64,000 bases of DNA from Eutreptiella sp. 'Long Island Sound 2002' (taxonomy: Eukaryota; Protista; Euglenida), in NCBI GenBank assembly GCA_964036045.1, contig OZ038379.1, positions 10,664,001-10,728,000 on the forward strand, given 5' to 3'. Numbering within the stretch: the stretch's first letter is position 1; the number at the start of each line of letters is the position of its first letter. The translations under genes and the position numbers were made by a program. This document shows, piece by piece, positions 24,048 through 35,500 of the stretch. Below the pieces are notes generated by a model that was given only the letters and a program-made list of their open reading frames with translations, was not told the origin of the DNA and did not search any database.

Positions 24048-25100
24048 TACTCGCTTGTCATGTTGATACAAGTAATTGTTTGTGGAGTTTGGTCGTGCCT
24101 CCACAGTACCGCCAGTCTTTCCGTATACGTGTTGATGACACGGTGTATGCCTTCAAAGCGTTACCTTTCAGTTGGGCTTATAGCCCGCTGATATGCGAGG
24201 AAGTCTTAACCGATATTGTCCGGAGAGCGCCGGTGCGCGACATTGTCGTACTTGTCTATTATGACGATATATTGGTGATTGGATTTGGAAACGCGCGTGT
24301 CCAACCTCCGGCGGACGCCATTGTGGCCCTTTTGATTTCCGAAGGCGCTCTGGTGAGCCCCAAGAGCAAATTAGCTCCCTTGAGCTGTATTGACTGGATC
24401 GGTAAGCAATTCCGTTTCGGGGAGGGAATCATCTCCGGTTCCACTACCAAGTGGTCGGCGTTGCTGGCGCGGTGGCTTCTTTTCAGCGTGAGCTATTGCT
24501 TACGAAAGGATTTGTTACGGCTAGTAGGGCGCATCTTGTCGGGGACCAGACCATCTTGGGGAATTCTGCCTTTTCTTGCATCCACGTGGGCGCACATTCT
24601 GTGGGCCGCCATATGTTTGAATCACACGCCGCTGAAACTGCTCCACGCTTTGGTAACGCCCATTGTGATGGCGGCAAGGAGCTGGGTTGTCCCCATAATA
24701 CGGTCGCCATCCACGAGGCGGCCCACGCACGTCTTTTTCGACAGAGGTCCAGATGGAGGTGGCTGGAGGGTGGGCCTGTGGGCGCCCGGGTTGGAGGGGC
24801 GTTCGGTATTGGTCCCAGGCTCTTTTTGCAACCAGCAAGTAGTCGAGCCAAGAGCTCTGGAGTTCACCACGAACTTCTTCCGGGTGGTGGGTTGGACGGC
24901 TACGTTGGTGGTGGGTGATAACTCGGCGGTTCTGCACATGTTTGCGAATGCAAAGGCGGGGGTGGGGCGATGAGGCCCTGGCTGCCGTGTGTTCGGAGAC
25001 AATTTATGGTCGACTGCAGAATTTAGGATCTCATGCTGTAAAGCATGTTTGGACCATAGGTCTGCCACGGGCTAAACCGGTGCGATTGGCTGCCTGGGGT
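24048..25100 (+). pseudogene. RT C-terminal half plus RNase H
   Basis: VDTSNCLWSL, YAFKALPFSW, YYDD, HVFFD, QQVVE, VGDNS; stop at 24971-24973 inside RNase H. Confidence 0.85.
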
Positions 25101-26051
25101 GCTGTGGAACAGGCGGTAGGGACATATGGCCTTTGAGACGCAGAGCGGGTACGTGGTTGGGGTTGGAGCTATCAGCCCGGCTTGGAGGAATGAGGGGCTC
25201 GAAGGCCGATCCCGCGCAGCTTCAGTGGACCGCTACGGTGGGGTACCCTGGTGCACCCAACAAAACACAGCGGGGGACTCCGCCCGAACCAGGGGCTCCA
25301 TTGCGGCGGTGCCACGGTTGCGGCGTGGGTGACGCCGTCGGGCCCCTCTACCTTGGGTTGGTTGTGACCGGCCTGATCCCGCTAGCGACATGCAGCATCG
25401 TGGCATTCGTGATTGCACGTCCTGGCTGATGCATGGGGCCACTGCAGTGGTCTTTGCGCGAGAGTTTGGCTGCCTGGGGTGTAGTGGTATGGGTGGTTTA
25501 AACGTGCAATTGTTCCTATGTCGCGCCACCACCTGATGTAGTAGCCTCGTCTACTAGTACAGTCGGTCATGCACTCGTCCAGTGAAACAATAGTCCCTGG
25601 TTCCAATCCCGTAGCCTCTTGGGAGTCGTCCACGATAATCCTCCACCAAGGGGTCCAATATAGCAAGGAGCCCTTTTTCCTCTCCGTATCCTCTACCGCC
25701 TTTTGCAGTAATCCTAAAGGTGGTGATAGGTGGGTTAACTTGCCGACTGTTGTGCGTGTGGGAGTGTGTATCCCTGCCAGGGATGTTCCATGTTTTTTTA
25801 TCAGCCATCGTCCTTGTAATGCCGAGACCGGTTACGCTGCGGTTGTTCCACCCGATGCCTCCTGCTGCCCCGCTTCACCTGGGACGCCAACGCCGCCAGC
25901 ATGACTGGGGCTAGTGGGACCAAGGGATTCGCCTTTAGGCGAATCACAGGATTCACCCCATAATGCCACTCATATGCTCTTTCACTATAGAATCTTTTAA
26001 AGATTTTTGGGTTCTCAGGCCCGTCAGGCCACGTAAGGAGATCCATACAAA

Positions 26052-27221
26052 ATGTCCGCTATCAGCAGGGTGTCCCTCACCTTCAAAGACTTCGTCTCTA
26101 AGGGCCAGTTCGAGGTCTACAAGAGCACCCTCCCCGCGGACCACTTGGCGAGAGCGGCGGTGGAAATCATGCAGCGCATCAGAGACGCGGGGGTGGACCA
26201 CGACAAATGGCTGCAGGACCTCAAGGTGGCCTCTGGCTGGGAAGAAGATCCGCTCAAACTCCTCCACGCCATTGCTGGTTATGAGAGCTGCTGTCGATGC
26301 ACAATTGAAGTCCAAACAGGAGAATTCATAGCGAAAAAGGAGACGGAGCTGGCAATTACCGAGGAGATCAGGGCGCGCATCAAGTCGTTTTTGGAATCGC
26401 AATGGACCACTTTTGAAAAACTCTGCTCCAGCGCCGAAATCGCGAAGGCAAGCATGGCAGTGGCACAGCTGGCAGCAAAGCACCGCTTGGCCATCCGAGA
26501 GCTTGCTGAGGGCATCCCAGAGACCCGGAAGGCGGAAGACCCCGAATTCGTGCTCAGGGCAATGGGGGTGCTGGCCCTCTTCGACAATTTCAAGTGGATA
26601 ATCATTCGGGAAGGCCACAAGCTGAACCTGGTGACGGCCGATGCGTCAGATGGCGGGAAACCAGACGCACCTGTGGACCTAGAGGAGCAGGAGATCTCAA
26701 AACAGATGGAAGCACTCAAAGTGAGACTGGAGCACAAGAGGAGGGCAAAAATCGTGCGACCCGTGACCCCTGCAGCGCTGGACGAGTTTGTTGAAGCCCC
26801 GGGATATGCCAAATGGATGTGTGAAGCGACTGCTTCTTTGAAGAAGTTCCTGGAGTCCAACAAGGGGGACAAAGGGGAAACACTGGCAAAGGAACTGTGT
26901 GAGGTGATGCTGGTCTCCAAGGACAGCTACAAGGAGAAATACCCCAGCGGGGGCCACAGTGTGACTGGTGGCTCACACAAGGGCACCGGGAAACAACCCC
27001 AATCCCGAGTTACGGCAAGATCTGTCCAGGAGTTGGAAAGATTGGGAGCCCGAACGTGGATTGAAGCGACCCGAAAAGGGAGATTCAGGTTCGCGGAATG
27101 GGAGAACATTACCTACTACTGCACTACGAGAGGCGACAACGCGTATGACGTGGCAAAGGGCCCCCCAGGACCTTGTGGAGAATGTGGCGACAACCACTGG
27201 ATATGGGACTGCGAAAGCTGA
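26052..27221 (+). CDS. gag: gag-like protein (389 aa)
   Basis: C-terminal AYDVAKGPPGPCGECGDNHWIWDC parallels TYDATGPPPYPCFRCGRNHW of the 50.5-kb gag. Confidence 0.8.
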   Translation: MSAISRVSLTFKDFVSKGQFEVYKSTLPADHLARAAVEIMQRIRDAGVDHDKWLQDLKVASGWEEDPLKLLHAIAGYESCCRCTIEVQTGEFIAKKETELAITEEIRARIKSFLESQWTTFEKLCSSAEIAKASMAVAQLAAKHRLAIRELAEGIPETRKAEDPEFVLRAMGVLALFDNFKWIIIREGHKLNLVTADASDGGKPDAPVDLEEQEISKQMEALKVRLEHKRRAKIVRPVTPAALDEFVEAPGYAKWMCEATASLKKFLESNKGDKGETLAKELCEVMLVSKDSYKEKYPSGGHSVTGGSHKGTGKQPQSRVTARSVQELERLGARTWIEATRKGRFRFAEWENITYYCTTRGDNAYDVAKGPPGPCGECGDNHWIWDCES

Positions 27222-27251
27222 CTCCCCCCGGAAGGAGGGGGAGGGGGGGGC

Positions 27252-28436
27252 ATGGCAGAGGGCACCCCAAACCGGTTCGTTGGGGATGACGGAGAAGTGG
27301 AGGTGGAAAGTGAAGAGGACGAGATTCCCAGGGAGTGGCCTGCATACAGACGGGCATATGCTGCATTGTGTCGAGCCCAGGCGGACAACAAGGACGGGAT
27401 CCTGGGAAGCAACTGGCAAGTCCTCGCAAGCTCCTGTGGCACAACATCGCTGGGTACGTACAAGACGGGCATGCGAAAACTCCGACAGACGCATATGGCC
27501 AGGCCGGAGTGGGGACCATATAAGGTCGTGGAACAAGTCGTGTGTGATGCCATTCGAGAGGGAAAAGGCAAGAGCTCAGTCAAAACAATCCTCAATGCAG
27601 CTGCCATGGCATACACAATGGGGATGGTCGGCGAACCAGTTCCAAAAAGACTGTGGAAGGCGTTCAAGGCGGCACAACGACTGGAAGAGAAGTCCACACA
27701 GGAGTGGGGCAGTCTTGAGGCACTGCAGATCATGGCACACCAGGCGGATTCAGAGCTGGAGTGGTGTGTGGTGGGACTCGCGGTACTTTCAACGCTGTTG
27801 GGCCTCAGAGTCGGTGAGGCGGCCAGCATCAGCTTCCACAGGTTGGGGGTTCTGGCAGGAACGGCGGAGTTCTATGACCGCAAAGTCCACAGGGCTTGGA
27901 CTACCCGTACGGTTTCAGGAGTGGCCCTCAAATGGTTGCAGTTCTGCGTCTGGATTGCGCAAAGATGCTGGAACCTCGACAAGTTCCAGCGGCTGGTCTC
28001 TGAGGACAAACTGCAAAACGTCACGGCAAACCTCTTGCGTGGATCCAAGTGGAAGGATCTCAGATGGCATGCATGGCGACACCTGGGTCCAGGGACCATG
28101 TACAAGGCTGGGGGAAAGCTCCCAAGCATCAAGGCATGGTTCAGGTGGAGGAGCACAAGGACGGCAATGGCCTACATCAACTGCCCGCACCCAGGGCGCA
28201 TCCGACACCCGTTCAAGGCACCTACCCCCCCCGGTTACCTCAAGGGGAAACCATGGATTGCGGGAACAACAACCAGGCGATGCACGGAATTCTGGGCACC
28301 TGAGGCCTACTATATCCCTGAGGGGGACACCCCGGAGAGCGACTCTGGGGATTCCACATGCACTGGGTCATCCTCGGACAGCCCCTCACCTCGGAAGAGC
28401 GACGGCAGGAGGGGTAAGAGGAGACGCAGCACGTGA
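27252..28436 (+). CDS. Tyrosine recombinase (394 aa), apparently intact
   Basis: GLRVGEA, WHAWRH, FRW, AMAY motifs; uninterrupted ORF. Confidence 0.9.
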   Translation: MAEGTPNRFVGDDGEVEVESEEDEIPREWPAYRRAYAALCRAQADNKDGILGSNWQVLASSCGTTSLGTYKTGMRKLRQTHMARPEWGPYKVVEQVVCDAIREGKGKSSVKTILNAAAMAYTMGMVGEPVPKRLWKAFKAAQRLEEKSTQEWGSLEALQIMAHQADSELEWCVVGLAVLSTLLGLRVGEAASISFHRLGVLAGTAEFYDRKVHRAWTTRTVSGVALKWLQFCVWIAQRCWNLDKFQRLVSEDKLQNVTANLLRGSKWKDLRWHAWRHLGPGTMYKAGGKLPSIKAWFRWRSTRTAMAYINCPHPGRIRHPFKAPTPPGYLKGKPWIAGTTTRRCTEFWAPEAYYIPEGDTPESDSGDSTCTGSSSDSPSPRKSDGRRGKRRRST

Positions 28437-30402
28437 AGAGGCAGATGGCCGGACGGGCTATGGGGCAGTTGGGGAGGGCAGGGAGTCGGTGCGTGTATTA
28501 CCAGGAAACAAGGTAGATGGACAACACAAACCAAGAAGGATGAAATCGCTCATGGGTGTTGGAGAAGGGCGTGTAGCAGGAGCGTGGGTAACATACAAAC
28601 GGGCGCGGTCATGTGCGTGGTCGGCATCGAGACGGGTTGAGCAGGTTTCTGATATCCCGCGGAATGAGCTTTTCCGGGCCACGCTTGCGGTAATCCTCCG
28701 AGCGCGGGAGCGCCTCAGAGATGTGGAAGGTGGGCAGGCGCACCTGGAAAGAGTCTTGAGTCACATGGATGCTCTGCATAAGCTCAAATGGGACTTACCG
28801 CGTCAGCACTACGACGGGTATGATGGAGATGGCCCGTCAGGAGGCATCTCGGAAGGAAGTGAAGGAGCAAGCATCAGTGTTGGTTTTGTGTTTGTGTATG
28901 TATGAGCTGTGGATGTCAGGAGGTAAGGGGGGAATCAGCAAGGGCGCCAACTGCGGGCGCGGGCGGACCTAGTACTGGTGCTACGCGAGTGGGCCCGCGC
29001 CCTGTGCGCCGCCATTCCCGGGCCGCGGTCCTGGGACCGTGTATGTGTTGTTGCCTGCGTGCTGTGCGGAGTGTGCATGTTGTTCCGTGGCGTCGTGGAC
29101 CTGGTGCCCCTGTTCGTTGGGGAATTCGAGCTCTACGTGGGCACCGGAGCGGCCAACTCTGGAGTGGCCATCCAACGAACAGCAGCTGGCTTGGCCGTGG
29201 CGCCGTCGGCGGTTAGGGAAGCGCTACGGTGGCGGTACGGCCTCATGGAGGGCGCCCAGACTCCACTATGGTCACGGCGCCAGGCTAGATGTGATAAGGG
29301 ACTTCATTGGCGCCCTTTGGGACCAATCACAGCCTCGCGTCCGGGGGGATCAGCAAAATGTACCTACTGTTTGGTGGGCTAACCCACAAAGTAGGCTTAT
29401 TCCAGATGGGGTTCAATGCATGCTAAAAGCGAAAACACGAGCCGCATGCATACACATCACACCGGTCACGGGCAGTGCTCAGGAGCGTCTAATAGCCTAC
29501 CCACGGGCGTTCTCCTGGCGTACCAGTCCTCGACGATGGCCACGGTTGCCCTATACAGACGCTCCCAGGCCACCGCCGGGTGCCGTTGTACCAAGGGTGG
29601 AACACAGGCCACGTGGAGGTGGCAGGGAAAAGTACCAAACCTCCAACACATCCGGGAGGCTCTGCATCACTACTGCGGCTGCTGCGTTTGCATCCCTTCC
29701 TATATGCATGTGGCCACGTCTCGCGCACGCTAACCAACCTGAGGCAGAATAACCGACTGCGTGTCCACCTTCACAAGCTAACATGCTTGGGCAACACCCG
29801 ACAAAAAGCATATGCTGTGATGCTTTTGTGCATGCTGTGTTCTTGAGGCAAAACTGAAGTTTGACACACTCAAACTGAAGTTTTGCACCGTGTATATTCT
29901 CCGCTGTCAGTTTGTTATTTTCTTTACATACACAACGGACCCACCCACCCACCCGGTGCACGTCAATCTCAAGATCTGAACCGCTTCTGGAGACCCATCT
30001 AGAATGCTGTGACGCATTTGCTTTTGTGCATGCTGTGTTCTTGAGGCAATCCATGAAGTTTGCGCTTTTTGTCCTTGGACATCAGAGCTATTGATATTGT
30101 TTTACATGGTTCATAGGTGATTTTGGTGGCAGGGTGTACTTGACAAGGGAGCAGGTGGATGATTCATGCATTCTGGCCTTCCTCTTTGCCCCACAGCCTG
30201 CCCCAAAGCCGGCCCGTGTGCTCTTGTACTAGTCTTGTAGGGACATTAGGGGGGGGGGGGTTTGCAAGGGGGGCGGGGGGGGTTAATTAGGTAAACCATA
30301 CACCAAAGCATGAGTGTCCCTGCACTTGGTCCATGGCGTTCTGCTGCTTACAATCTGTAAAATCTCCCCTTTTCAGAGGCATTTTGAGAAGCATCTTGAG
30401 CC

Positions 30403-31158
30403 ATGGACACCGTACAACCCCAAATCGAGACACTAGACATGGAGCTGTGCGAAATCTCCAGCGAGAGCTCTTGGGAGTCACCCCCAGAACAGACCCCAAG
30501 GGTCAGAATTTGGCGCCGCAAGTACGACGAGCTGTTCAGTGAAACGCACGTGCCGACTGCCGCATGGGAACAGCTGGACAACGGCCAGTGGGCGTGTCAT
30601 GTGAGCCGGATGGTGTTCGCCACCGCGGTGCAGAGCATCAACCACCAGCGGAAGTGGCAGTACCAATGCGACCTTGCGGTCTCATACTTGAGAGAGGATG
30701 GGATGTTGCTGACAGCGTTGGAGCAGAAGGCCCAAGAAGAGAAACAGCGGCAAAAGTCGACGGCGTCAGCAGCTAAGGCATCTGTCAAGCGCAAGAACAC
30801 GGAGCACATTCTGCAGCTGGAGGCCCGCCGCCTCCTTCGGGCCAACCGGCGACTGGAGCGGGAGGTGGCTGAGATGCAGTTGAAGTTGGCAAAGATGCCG
30901 GGACAACATCAACGCCAGCTTCGGCGCATCAAGTGGAACTGCCAACGTAAAGCCACTGAACTTGCAGCGCTGCTGGAGGCTCCACGGAAGGGCAATGGCC
31001 AAGAAGATGCAGACAAGCCAGGCATGCCGCCTGACCGCCTCACAGCCTGGCACTGGGCAGATGATTTCGGATGGAGAAATCTTGAGCATGCAACCAGGAC
31101 AGAGGATGCCCGGCGGGATTGCAGAGCATGGCCCAACTTAGCCACCAATTCCAATTAG
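30403..31158 (+). CDS. Same ORF family (copy 2; ATG at 30403)
   Basis: 251 aa; shared TTGAGCCATGGAC start context and LAALLEAPRK near the end. Confidence 0.6.
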   Translation: MDTVQPQIETLDMELCEISSESSWESPPEQTPRVRIWRRKYDELFSETHVPTAAWEQLDNGQWACHVSRMVFATAVQSINHQRKWQYQCDLAVSYLREDGMLLTALEQKAQEEKQRQKSTASAAKASVKRKNTEHILQLEARRLLRANRRLEREVAEMQLKLAKMPGQHQRQLRRIKWNCQRKATELAALLEAPRKGNGQEDADKPGMPPDRLTAWHWADDFGWRNLEHATRTEDARRDCRAWPNLATNSN

Positions 31159-31329
31159 ATACATGATGGTAAGAGTGACAATCATGCATGTCAAACGTGC
31201 ACACAGTGCCCACGCAGTGCCCACGCAGTAGCCCTCCCCCACCCCCGGGCCCCACAGGTCTGTTTGTTGTGCCGCTAGTTGCCGTGTGACCAGATGGAAA
31301 GGTCAACTGTTGAGGTACGTGTGTTTGAA

Positions 31330-31870
31330 GTATGGACATCGCTGATCAGCACTATCATCCTCTTCATTGCTTTTCTCCAAACCCGTTCCCTGTCCAAAGC
31401 GCGGCACACATCGCAGACATCATTGGAAGGCTACAGGCCTTAAGGAGGAACCCCCCTCCGCCCTGCACTTCAGTTCAATTGTTCAGAGGGCATCTCGTTA
31501 ACATGGCAGATGTATCATTCATCATCATGCCTTTTTTTTTATTCATTCTTTGATTCATTCAAAACCACATGCAAAGCATAGGGACCATATCCTCCCTCAA
31601 CTTTACTTTCAATGCAAACAACCCCATGGACACCCCGCCCACACTCACAGACAAACCCTGACACACCACGCCACACCACACCCCGCATTGCTGACCATGG
31701 AAATCCAACATGCGCTTGGAAAATCAAAACACCTTTGAATGCAAGGATTTGTTGTCAATTGTGACCATGGTAAAATGGCTTGGCTAATTCCTTGGCAATA
31801 CCGTCTGCAAGGGCAAAGCAAATTTCGGATTTCGCCCACCAGTTCTAGCAGACAAGGGGTCAGGGAAGAA
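31330..31870 (+). pseudogene. Penelope-like RT N-terminal/core remnant
   Basis: HIADIIGRLQAL...HLVNMADVSF and FAHQF*QTRG resemble PLE motifs (DT.DFL.KL, LV..DV.SLY, F....YQQ..G). Confidence 0.4.
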
Positions 31871-31992
31871 GGTCAAATTGTATACCAGGAAAATTTTCTA
31901 GTCCATTTTGGTTCCACAAACCCTGGGGCCTCAGACCCCCCCCCCCGCCCGCCCGCCTGCTCCTGCCCCTGCCCAGCCTCATGGTATTGCAG

Positions 31993-32517
31993 ATGTCCGC
32001 CCAGCAACAGCCCAAGGCATCCCGTCGCTGCAGACGCAAGTTGAGCGCCCCAGAGGCATTTCGCCCCCGCCCCGCTTGGAGCACCACCCGGGGGTCAGCC
32101 CGATCACTACCGAAGAAGGCACAAGAGCAGATGGTGCTCCTCATGGCAACTCCTCTCTGCACCCGCCCCCTGACCACCCGACAGGCGGTGCGAGACCGAG
32201 ACGCTTGGACCAGTACCTCACGGTCCCCCCGATCGAGATGCCTGACGGCGCAAGCAAAGGGAGTCCTGCGTCAGGGACGCCTCCTGGCGACGACTTTGAG
32301 GGCCGGCTGCGCCTCTGGGACCGTCCAGAGGACGCGCTTGTGGGTCTGCAGAGCCTCCGCCTCGCCGAAGCCCCCTGGCAAGAGCCCCCCTCCTGCGCCA
32401 GGCCTGCGGTCCCGGAGCACGCGGGGCAGGTGTTCCCGCACCCGCAGGCGCCCCTTCAGCCGTGCCCGACGTCGAGCCTCCAGTACTGCAGCCCCGCAGC
32501 AGCCCGGGGTGCCCCAT
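31993..32517 (+). CDS. Probable internal host exon, Pro-rich protein of unknown function
   Basis: TTGCAG| acceptor and |GTGAGC donor bound a 525-bp (symmetric, phase 1) open frame with high GC3 (...DDFEGRLRLWDRPEDALVGLQSLRL...). No domain recognised. Confidence 0.5.
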
Positions 32518-35500
32518 GTGAGCCATGCCTCCCCTGACGCGGCGGCGTCCGGTTTGATGAAGTCACGCATGATGTGCGTTGGTGGGACGGGACGGACCGG
32601 ACATGGGCTCGGCGGGCGCACCGGGTCGGGGGACGGTGCGGCGGGAGAGGCCGGCCGTCCCCGGGGTCCGGTCGGACACGACTTCAGCCGCCCCGATTCC
32701 GTCCGCCAGGAGCCGTGTCCGGTCGCTTGGCATGTGACTTGGGGGACATGGCATGGGCGGCGAGGGCAGCATCCCAAAAGGGCACGTGCAGTCCAGGGCC
32801 GCCCAGGGCCTCGGGGGCGGAGATGGGCCCCCAAAGGGACGAAGCCGCTGTCTGGCATGTACAGTGCTACAGGTCACAATGGAGGCCCTGGGCCCTCCGG
32901 TGGCGGGGTGAAGGGGATGTTGGGCCCAGTTCGTAGACGTGGACCCCCTCCCCACCGCTGCTCTTCTCTGTGAGAAACAGTTGCTCAGTGGCGACCACGA
33001 AAAGATCACGAGAAGACTTCGGCGCCGGAAATTATCTTTTGGGCGCCCCCCAGCCCCCCTTAGAAAATTATGTGCGGTGGAGGCCCTCTGAAGGCGGGCG
33101 CGGCTGAAGCACAGTAGCGGGTCCCCAGAACCTCATTCCCCGGCAAACATCTCATAATTTTGAGCCATGATGCATGAGGAGAGGCATGATGAGCGCAGTG
33201 GCGTGCTCAGCGCAAGGCCACAGGCCTACGCGGTGGCCGGGTGAGGCGTGGACAGAACAATACACCCCCTCAACACGTGGCAGCCCTGTTGCCTCGGCAG
33301 TTGTAACACAGGTCTGCGGTCCGCAGGGTCCCCAAGAATACTCACCTGCCTTAATTGCAGAAAGGACCGCCCGAATTGCCCTCTTCCCGCCGTCAGTTGA
33401 CCCTCCAAAGGCTGCCAGCGGCCGTTGGCTCCCCTGCAACCGCCGGGCTGGTAGTGACGGACGCCCGCAATTGCCGGGACCTTGCACAGCCCGTGGCGCT
33501 ATTCTTCGAAGATGGTCGCTCTTCATGAGGTGGCGGGGTCCTTCGGTGTACGTCTTGACATCTTGACGTCTTGACGACCCCATGCGTGTCCCCGAGACTC
33601 AAAAGAAGATCCTCTTCCTGCACTGTTGTGCTGAACTCCCGTTTCCCTGCCCCCGCTTGTGCCCCTGCCCCTGAATGATTGGCCCGTGGATGTCCGCATT
33701 GCCAAGCCGATGCTGGCCGCCCGTGTGCACCCCACCTGCCGTTCCATGCCGCTCCCTCCCTCCGGTGCTCCCAGGAGGCATTGAAGGCTCCTGGGCACGT
33801 TTACGCAGAGTGCGTTGGGGTAGCGGTGGCTGGTAAAGGACTGCGCCGGACGGGGGCTGCCTGGACAGGCGCACTTCCAGTCAGCTCGTGTATGGCACAC
33901 CTTTCCCAGCCTCTGCGGTGACCCATGACCCACGTTTGCCCCAATATTCAAAAGCCTGAGTTCTCAGTTCGTGGGGCGAGCCCCCTGATTGGGGTGGTCG
34001 TCTGTGGCATGCTGCAGGGATACGGAGGTGTGGAACAATTGTTCTCATTCCTGACGCCACCGCAAGGGGGTAGGAAGCTGCTGAACTTCAGACAGGGTGT
34101 TCACAGTCTTTCTTTTCTTTTTTTTTGGGCATCAAGGACCGCCCTCAACCGCTCTAGTGACCGTCAACCTGCCGTCGCTTACCCTCCAACCGTTGAGTTG
34201 GGTTTGAGGAGGCCAGCAGTCTTTTTCCTTGCTTTTCGGGACCGCCCTGAGTTCAAATGGCAGGTGATTTGTATATAAACAAGTGCGCAGGGCTGCGGCC
34301 CATGACTACTTCTCCAGCGGCTGCCGTGCTCCCGCACTCTCTCCCAATCACCGAGTGTCACCGCTGCAGAACAGGGGCTGTGCAATGACCCGCTCTGAGG
34401 GGAGGACTGGTCGGCGCAGGGCTGGGCAACATGCAGGAGGGGGCTGCAGGACGCACGCATCCGCCGTGCGCTTTGACCTTCCCACCCCACCCCCTCCAGA
34501 GCCAGCCCCATGTCCTGCCCTAAGGTCTGGATCAGCTGAGCTCCTGGGGTCGGGCGGGACTGATCTGTTTTTTTGTCCTGCAATGCCTGTCCATATCAGT
34601 AGAGTTGGCCGGTGCAGGTTCAGGGCAGGTCAGAGAAAGATCTTATCCATAGGTGTTGCCCACGCCAGTCCGATTTAGCAGCGCAATGCACATATCCCCA
34701 GGAAATACAGCCCCGGAGCATAGTCCCTCTGCATTGAACCCTAGTGCACCGCGCTGGTGCAACAGCTCCCTTTTGTTGAGCCTGATGCAGGATCGGCGGG
34801 CCGAGGAGAAGTATGGTACGTACAGGCCCGCTCTCAATCCTCTCAGCCCTGCCTCTGCATGCATTGCTCACTCAAGAAGTCTGCACCCTCCTACACCTGC
34901 GCGAACAGTTCGTTTGTCAAAACAGCTTGAGGTGCTGATTCCGCAACTGTCGGAATCATGGAATTTGACAGTCCCGTTTTCTGGACGTCCGTGACAAGCA
35001 AAGTTTTTCCATGATTTGGGGCTGGGTGATGCTGCCACTTGTTGCCCTCACTTGCATATCCCTTGCCCCTTCTGCTCCTTACTTCGCTTGCTCAGTTTTG
35101 CTATCACTACTTGTGTCTTCCCAGTGCACACATCACAACGCCCCTGTCAGAACAGCAGGAGGTCCCGTCGTGTTTAGTTTTACCGCTGTTCCACAGTCGG
35201 GGGGGGGTTAAGAGTATCCTCAAAAACCATTTGCAGCAGGATGTTTGATGCACAGTTTGTGCCAGAGCTGAGCCCACCTCAGGCTTGCTGGACCTTCCAT
35301 TCTGAACCAAGTTGGGTGTACCCCCCTCCCCTTTGTTCAGCCCCCCCCCCCCCCCTTGTCCAGCCAGCGTTCGGGGGCAGCAAGGTTGTCCGGACACTGA
35401 TGGTATTGCGATTGGACTGAGGCAGTCTTGCATAGGGTCAGGGCCATGCTGGTCAATTGAAAATCTGGCATCATGCCCCTCACTTTGTGAAGTCCAAGCT

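Larger units (their letters stand above)
26052..29730 (+). mobile_element. VIPER/TATE-like YR retroelement with intact gag and YR, decayed RT; termini not found
   Basis: gag 26052-27221, YR 27252-28436, then RT N-terminal remnants with stops/frameshifts (DLVLVLREWARAL, CMLKAKTRAACIHI, AAFASLP) to about 29730. Confidence 0.8.
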
